Assembly (NCBI GenBank): GCA_051294375.1
Contig: CM119267.1
Coordinates: forward strand, 2,863,631 to 2,927,630
Direction of reading: 5' to 3'
Origin: Paraspadella gotoi
Lineage: Eukaryota > Animalia > Chaetognatha
DNA: 64,000 nucleotides
The notes under the pieces are model-generated. The model did not search any database. It worked only from the letters and a program-made list of their open reading frames with translations, and had not been told where the DNA came from. Below are positions 56,173 through 64,000 of the stretch, piece by piece (position 1 is the first letter of the stretch; every line of letters begins with the position of its first letter). The translations under genes and the position numbers were made by a program.

Positions 56173-58352
56173 TCAGATGAAAGAAGTTAAAGAGTTTTTG
56201 ATGTCGGAGGCGTGGTAAGAGGAAAGGACGCCAGTGGAGAACGGACTCAGCGACGAGACGAGCGATGACGTCATGAACGGCGAGTGACCCGGCATCGTCG
56301 TCATGGAAACGGGCGGCGAGAGGCTGCCGCTTCCGTAGACCGCGGTCTTGGCGGCAGTCACCTCGTAACCCGAGTTCTGTTTCAGGTACCCGTTGTTATT
56401 GGCGCTGCCTTGCGCCGAGGAGGAAGAAGAACTGCTGCTGCCGCTGCTGTGCTGGGCCCCTGGGGAGTTTGGGGTCCCTACGGCTGGAAGATTTATTAAA
56501 AAAAATATTAGTATAAAAGTAATTTTAATGTATAAACAAAGCTCGTCCTTACCTGTCTCACATTTGGGCGCCGACAGGGCCCTTCCTGGTTTGACATCTT
56601 TCGAGTCGGGCTTCGACTCGCTTCCAGCGTCGGGGGTGGCGCTGGCGTTCGCGGCGCCGGTTGTTCCCCCGTTGCTCTTTTGTTCGCAGGAGGAAGAGGA
56701 TGAGGAAGTAGCGCCGCCTTTTTGCTGCTGAACCATCCGCTCTTGTTTTCGAAATTTCGCGCGTCTATTTTGAAACCAAACCTGAAAAGAGAAATTGTAG
56801 TATTTAGAAGGAACTTTAATTAAATATTTATTTTAAAAAATAGGAACATCTCTTAAAAGTAAAACATTACCAACGGAATTAATATAATATGTATATCATT
56901 AAAACTTTTTTCTAACGCTATCCCCCCCCCTTTGGAAGCAAAGAGGGCCGAAACTTTCCCACCGATCAACGACGCTATTCCACGCCTGTCTGACTTCTTA
57001 ATTGGATAATCATAGTCTTTATCTTCCCCACTCCCTTTTTCTCAAAATCGTCCCCTTTCTCCTTTTTCTCCCCTCGCGCGGCCGCCAATCACCGGATTTG
57101 ATTCGCCTTTTGCCTCTTGAATCAAATTTTCTCGAAAAGCGCGCGCGCGGGAACGGCGCTCGGCCACGTGTTGGGAGCGTGCCCCGTTTCAAGGGCGTGC
57201 AACGGGACGGGCCGATAGAGCGAAGGCTCTCTCTCTCTCTCTCTCTCTCTCGGATCTCCGTAATCGTTATAATAGCGACAAATCCGTAAGATTTAGAGAA
57301 TGCCACTATAGTGTAAATTAAAGTTCTTGTACAAATTACTCTTTGATTTTAATTTAAATATTTTGTTATTTGACCGTATGAAGATACATCATAATTTTTT
57401 TTAGTGATGACCCACTCGCCTTCCGAAGTCCATGAACCAGTGATTGACCCGCAGCCTCATGTGGACGGAATAGCTTGAGTGTCCGACTGATTTTGTTTTC
57501 TGAATTCCTTTTTTGCGTATTTTTGTGTTTAAATTTCACATCAACCTCATTTCTATACAACCTTTTAAATATTTGTTTCCTTTGTTTCTTCTTTGAGAAA
57601 AAAAAAGCGACTTTCATATCTGTAACTGAGGGGTTTCCGCGGTATCCAATACGCCTTTCCAACCGTAGTGACCCTCTCTCCGCCCCACTCAAACCGTGCG
57701 CCGGACCGAATCGTAAATCAGATCGTTTGTAAAATCGTCGATCCCGATTGAGTCAAATTCGAAGTTGACGCGTGCAGGGGAGATCGAGCGAGAACGAGGT
57801 GGCTAATCTGAGACCACGTAGAATCACAAAGTGATCGTGTTCAAGTCGTTGTCAAGGACGTAATTTACTTGTATTTGTTTATTTTTCTGTATATTAGTAC
57901 AAGCTCATAATTTTAATCTTTCGCGCTCCATGTGAAGGGGTTTCTCAAAAAAACCAAAAAAACCCGATCCTTCAAAATAATAATTCGAATGTCGCAGCAA
58001 CAAAAAGATCTTAACTGATTTATAATCGCCGATTTCCTTCCGAAACATTGCGCGCAGCTAATGGGCCAAATTCGGAAGAAAAATAAATTTTTTTGAGGAA
58101 TTTTCATCTTTTTCCTCATCTTTCGGTTACACCTCGCTAATCGCGGAAGGAGAACCTTTTTGACAAAAGCCAAAAAAATTAGCAACTCTCCATAAGGTAA
58201 AAAGCTAATAGTAGATATTTATCGAAAAAAACCTTAATTAATAAGACCAAAAGATAAAAATCGCGCCTTTATGAACCCTCGCTCCATAGATGCACTCATA
58301 GATGACCTCAATGCCCTTCCGGCCTTTTGACGGGAACAATAACGACGACGAT

Positions 58353-58406
<54 letters not shown>

Positions 58407-58729
58407 GGCGACCTTATCGTAGCTACAGAAGAGCAAAGGGTGACGTCCTGATCCGAGAGACTTAGAGGTGAAGCAGCGCGCGAGAGGTCAGAGGTTGAAG
58501 AGACAAAGGGGACTGGACGGATCACTTTTATTTACTGAGTAAGTTTTACTTTTACTTTTTATTACACAAATAAACCTCGAAATCGTTTATTAATAAATTT
58601 TATGATGTCTTTTCAACCAAAAAAAAAAGAAGCTTTGCTCTACATCGACCAAATATGGAATTGGAAATCGGATCGTGGAATCTGGTTCCGCTTCTCCGGT
58701 CATCAGATAGTGAACCCGAACAGACGTTC

Positions 58730-58779
<50 letters not shown>

Positions 58780-61700
58780 TTCTCTCTGTCCAACTCATAA
58801 GGAGAAGGAAGAGCGGGAACAAGAAGAGCAGTGACGAATCCAGCGCGAGTCGCTCCCAAAGGTTTTTGACACCCGAGTAGCGCGGGGGTGACGCTCGCTT
58901 GACGTGGAGCGACACCCGTAGGGGGGCGCGTGGACGCCCGTGGCTTTTGACTGCGGCGACACGCAGGGGGGAGGAGGCCGGGGGGGGGGAAGGGGGCGGT
59001 GGACATTCGGCCGAAGGGCGATGAACTTTCAAAGGCCAAAGCAGAGACTATTTCATCTACTGCGGTTACATTGCAAAATCATGTAGTTACAAGTTTGTAA
59101 ATAATTGGAATAGAATAAATTTAAATATAAATATTAATTTTTTTTTTAACTTAAAAATAAGGTTCCGGCGGCTCTTACCCTACTCAGATTTGGTGACTAA
59201 ATAATTCGAGCAAAAACCCTCGAAAAAAAATTTACGACCCTGAAGGTGAGCGCCCATAAATTCTTCGTTTGATATTCATGGGAAATTCATTTAGTGAATT
59301 CCTTTTCTGCGGAAGAGAGAGAGAGAGAGAGCGACGCCTCGGCCTCAGCCTCGTCGATTTATGCTCTTCCAAGAAGGCCACAATTTTCTAAAGTGGCAAT
59401 TATGGGCTAAAGTGTTAACTGGCATAAATTTGAAACCCGCTGCTCTCCCTTTTCTCCCTATGTCTCTCTCTCTCAAATAAAAAAAAATAGAAAGAAAAAA
59501 AAATTAAGAGAACATTTGGTTCCATTTTTTTTTTATCGTCAATACATACGATTCTTCCTATTTCTTTTTTTGGGCGCAAAGTTTCGTTCGGCTCAAAAAA
59601 TTCCAGGTCATTTTTTTTTGTCTCGAGTCTCATTCTTGACTTGTTTACGAGAGTAATGTTTTCCGTTTCGCGACTCGAAACAAAAGAAGACGAAACGAAT
59701 CAAAACCGAACCGAAAGTCGCGAACTGCGATGACCCTTTCCATCGCACGACCGACCTCGGAACTCAAAGTGGCTAATGGATCATGTAATCTTCTGTTAAA
59801 AGCCCATAAACAAACGGGAAGTAGTTGCGATAGCGTCACGGTGGGCTCCACAATATGATTTTAAGATCAAAAGTTACTATGTACGCCGGAATTGACTTAA
59901 ACCGTATGATATTGGTAAAACCAATGCATGCTTGGGTATAGTTCCTTGTATTTTATTGGCTAGTGCAGATTACAATTGCACGTTCCCCGATCTAATTGTT
60001 GAGAAATTAGTCCTGTTATACAAATGAAACAGTTCATCAAACCATTACACCATGTCGTTGATAAGGCGTGAATAAACTATTATCTTCCAAGAGCGATGGA
60101 GGCCTTCACCCAAGTTAGCTTGTCCAAAGTCAGAAGCAAGATGGCAAATTTATCGAATGAACGGAAAATGATTATATATTTATAGTATTGGTTGTACCAA
60201 TTTCCTAAGTATAAAAACCCCTCTCGCTCTCCGTCGGAGCTTTAAAAAGCGCCTTACCTGGACGCGCGCTTCGGTGAGGTCGATCTTCATGGCGATCTCT
60301 TCCCGCGTGTAGATGTCGGGATAGTGGGTCTCGGCAAAAGCCTTCTCAAGTTCCTTCAACTGAGCAGCGGTGAAAGTCGTTCTGTCGAAAGGTAAGGAAT
60401 GACTTCGAGGTAAACTAATAATAATTACTAAGAATATTTACATTAGTAATATGGTGAGTTGACCTGATATTAGTGAGCTAATAATTGATCACCCACAGTT
60501 TATTTCTTTGCTTTTATAGTTTTTTTAGTCGGATCTGCTTATCAGCAGATCCCGACTCTATAACTCACTTTTTCGGTCCGTCGGTCCGCCCCCTCAATAT
60601 TGTCGGGCACACACTTATATCATGTCAGAACATCGAATTATGATAAATTATGCAAAAAAAATGATGTCCGTCCGTCCGTCTGTCTGTCCGTCCGTCCGTC
60701 CCACCTTAGCAAAAAACTCCAATTACCCGTGATTGGATGGATGGATTGGTATGAAATTTTGTGTGTGGGTAGGAAACTGTGTGATTGAGATGGATATGAA
60801 GTTTCGAGGGAATCGTGCGAGTGGAAATTGGTTTAAATGGAAAAAACAAAAAAATATATTTCACTATTTGAACGCCAATTGCTCATGAGTGGATAGTGCA
60901 ATTGACTTGAAATTTTGTGTGTTGGTAGGAAAGTGTGTGATTGAGCCGGATATAAAGTTTCGTTTGGAATCGTGCGAGTGGAAATGAGTTAAAATGGAAA
61001 AACAAAAGTCATATTTACTTGAAGTATTTTTACTTAAATTTACTCATAATTATTTTGTTTATTAAAAATTGGATAGATAAATCGAAATTGAATTTTGTGT
61101 GTGGGTAGGAAAGTATGTGATAAAGCTGGATAAAAATTTTTTGATGGAATCGTAGGAGTGGAAAAGAGTTAAATTAGAAAACCAAAAGACACATTTATTT
61201 GAATTTTTTAAAGTTTCTCTCTCTCTCTCTCTGATTGATTGATTGATTGATTGATGATTGATTGATTGATTGACCAAATTATGCTAATTGACCAAATTAT
61301 GCCAGTTGACCAAATTCTGCAAGTTAATCAAGTTTTGCAAGTTGACCAAATTATGCCTGTTGACCAAATTAGGCTAGTTGATAAAATTATGCCAGTTAAC
61401 CAAATTATGCCGGTTGACCAAATTATCTTAATTGATCAAATTATGTCAGTGACCAATTATGTCAGTTGACCAAATTATGTCAGTAGACCAAATTATGTCA
61501 GTTAACCAAATTATGTCAGTTGACCAAATATGCAAGTTGATTAAATTATGCAAGTTGACCAAGATAGCTTATTACCACTTAATTATCGATTGACCTGGAA
61601 TTTTGTATGTGAGTAGAAAAGTGTGTGATTGACAGGAAACCAAGTTTCGATGGAATCTTTTGAGTGGAAATGAGTTTAAATGGAAAAAACAAAAAACCTG

Positions 61701-62404
61701 TTTCACTAATTGATTATGCTTCTTTTTCCTTTTATATTAAATGTATATGCAGGATGTTTAATAAGTCAAATAATTAATCAGTTAATTAATCAATTAGTCA
61801 ATTAATTAATCAATAATTAATTAATCAGTCAATCAATCCGTCATCCGTCCCACCTTAGCAAAAAGCTCCAATAACTCGTGATTGGCTGGTTGGATTGAAA
61901 TGAAATTTTGTGTGTGGGTAGGAAAGTGTGTGATAAAGCTGGATATAAAGTTTCGACGGAATCGTGTGAGTGGAAATGAGTTTAAGTGGAAAAAAACTAA
62001 GTCGCATTTACTAAAATCTTTTTACTTATTTTAACCAATAAGTACTCTAATTAATCATAATTGGATGGATAGATTGAGTTCAAATTTTTTGTGTGGGTAG
62101 AAAAATGTGTATCGATGCTTGATATAAAGTTTCGGTGGAAACGTACGAGTGGAAATGAGTTTAAATGAAAAAATATGAGTCACATTTACTTGAATCTTTT
62201 TACTTATTTTAACCCATAATAGATTGAGATGAAATTTTGTGAACGCGGTAGGAAAGTGTGTGAAAAAGCTAGATATAAAGTTTTGACGGAATTGTGCCAG
62301 TGGAAATGAGTTTAAATGGAAAAAAAAAAGTCACATTTACTTGAAGCAGAAAAATGATACAAGTTAAAAAAATCCTAAAAGCATAAGGATCGTCGCAATT
62401 GCAA

Positions 62405-62447
<43 letters not shown>

Positions 62448-62521
62448 AGAGAGAGAGAGAGGAGAGAGAGAGAGAGCAGTAAAATGAGCATAAGGATCGT
62501 CGCAATTTCAAAGAGAGAGAG

Positions 62522-62587
<66 letters not shown>

Positions 62588-63104
62588 AAGAGAGAGATCC
62601 AGTATAAAAATTAGCGAATAAAAAAGTTTTATTTTACTCACTGAATAAAAATACTTAAAATACTTACAAAATACATAAAATTGATAAATTATTATTCCGA
62701 TAACATTGTTTAATCACATGCAATATATCTAGTAAGGCCTAATATCTAGTAAGGGCGGCCAAAATTGAACACTTTTTTATAACTTCTAGTTCTCTTTAAT
62801 TTTTTTTTTCCTTTTACTACTAAATCGATTTTCAATATAACTTTTTGAATTAGTTCATTGGGTTGTTGCACTGAAGCTTTTAAATATTTATTAATATATA
62901 ATAATATATAAGTATTGACGGAATTGTGCCAGGGGAAATGAGTTTTAGATGGAAAAAACATAAGTCACATTTACTTGAATCTTTAATATTAATGATTACT
63001 AATAAATGTTTTAATTAATTAATGAATTAATTAATTAATTAATTGTGAAAAATGATGCAAGTTAAAAAAAATCTGAAAAGCATAAAGATTCGTCGCAATT
63101 GCAG

Positions 63105-63162
<58 letters not shown>

Positions 63163-63722
63163 GGAGTGAGAGAGAGAGAAGAAGGAGACATAAAATAAAA
63201 TAGAGGATATTTGTTTGTTTTGATAAAATGTAAACAAAACATATTTAATAACTGTCCTAACCCAATTTTAAGGACATCGATGATGATAATTGAATATAAA
63301 TTTAAAATTAATTATTACATTTAAAATTAATTAATTAATTAATTAATTAATCGATTAATTAATTAATTAATTAATTATTAATTAATTAATTATCGTAGGC
63401 AGATCCGACATTGTTTGCTCAAACTTGTTTACCTTCCTCTTAAGATCCACGCAATATTACCTACTTTTTCTTAATTAATTCCTCGTCGCGCAGAATCTTA
63501 CTTTCTTAAAAACTTACTTTCATCCCGCCCTAATTTATCCTATCGAATCTCCTAATCTCAACTCACTGATTCGTCGTGCTTCCTCTTCTCGTTGACGCCC
63601 GATCCGACGTGCGCGCGCAGCATGCGCATGCGCGTGGTGCATCGGAGTCAGGTGGGCGTGGCCCATCGCCGCCGCCGCAGCAGCATGCGACCCCGCCGCG
63701 TCGTACATCTTGTATGGCAGGC
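56173..63722 (-). CDS. PHOX2: Paired-like homeobox Phox2; exons 63722-63567, 60381-60258, 56781-56553, 56483-56173; first exon(s) beyond the window
   Basis: Homeodomain [42 protein letters not shown]|[15 protein letters not shown] (Q50; AETHYPDIY diagnostic); upstream exon has LPYKMY and, with indels, VNEKRK.RRI. Confidence 0.9.
59911..60201. mobile_element. MITE-like repeat family D in a Phox2 intron
   Basis: TIRs ATTGGTAAAACCAAT / ATTGGTTGTACCAAT (one mismatch); internal homology to 27809-28125. Confidence 0.65.
60520..63429 (+). mobile_element. DINE-1/HINE-like element, family A, 2.9 kb, inside a Phox2 intron
   Basis: 5' subTIR GTCGGATCTGC with adjacent inverted partner, (GTCY)n at 60666-60700, array of ~150-bp central repeats, 3' subTIR GCAGATCCGAC and GTTTG-CT-CAAAC stem-loop, T-rich flanks without TSD. 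Confidence 0.85.
61270..61562. repeat. 18-bp minisatellite (TTGACCAAATTATGYCAG) inside the HINE element
   Basis: About 16 degenerate tandem units with no unique spacers. Confidence 0.9.
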
Positions 63723-64000
63723 CTGTAACGAAATGGTTATAGGGTATGTTAAGTCAATTTTTCATACACTTCTAATAATAATAAATTCTGAATAGCGGCG
63801 AATAGTTTGATCAGAAAAGGTTTCAATCCCTCAGAGATGGTTTCGTGCCACACAGATCGAGAGAATTCCGGTTCCACCGAGAGAACCACAACAAGCAACC
63901 GAAGCAAATCGTTAAAGGGAAATGTAAAGGATCGAGAACAATAAAGATGAAAAAAAAAAACCTTTCGCTCGGACGCGTAAATTGAATTACGTCGTCATTC

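Noticed and set aside
61266-61562. CRISPR-like array or DQIM-repeat protein ORF
   Set aside because: Contiguous 18-bp minisatellite without spacers in a eukaryotic TE; ORF is a by-product of a 3n repeat.
63592-63795. Plus-strand 67-aa Arg-rich ORF
   Set aside because: Antisense of the Phox2 exon.

Overview
AT-rich eukaryotic (animal) genomic DNA with GT-AG introns, GC-richer exons, many (GA/CT)n microsatellites and two N-gaps. Genes, mostly on the + strand: a 1634-aa multi-zinc-finger protein with an embedded La motif (plus a frameshifted upstream duplicate that is probably an assembly artefact), two small C2H2 genes, an MS4A/CD20-like 4-TM gene, a Bro1-domain/calpain-protease fusion, a PHD+C2H2 gene, GALNS, a divergent RPL4 with a very long charged tail, a 2-TM PPxY gene (-), a MYND+RING-H2 gene, an intronless SOGA/MTCL-like coiled-coil gene and a Phox2 homeobox gene (-, 5' end outside the window). 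Repeats: DINE-1/HINE-like elements of two families (one nested in the other), MITE-like repeats, a tRNA-derived SINE, Penelope-type minimal hammerhead motifs, and a full-length RTE-like LINE. The best leads are (1) the LINE, which starts exactly at an HDV-like ribozyme, encodes a 2A-like peptide and carries in its 3' UTR a nested 357-bp non-autonomous element with its own covarying HDV-like ribozyme and TSD; (2) the Bro1-calpain fusion with an intact catalytic triad; (3) the extended RPL4; (4) the La-motif zinc-finger protein. All family assignments are by eye from remembered motifs; no searches were run and novelty is unverified.
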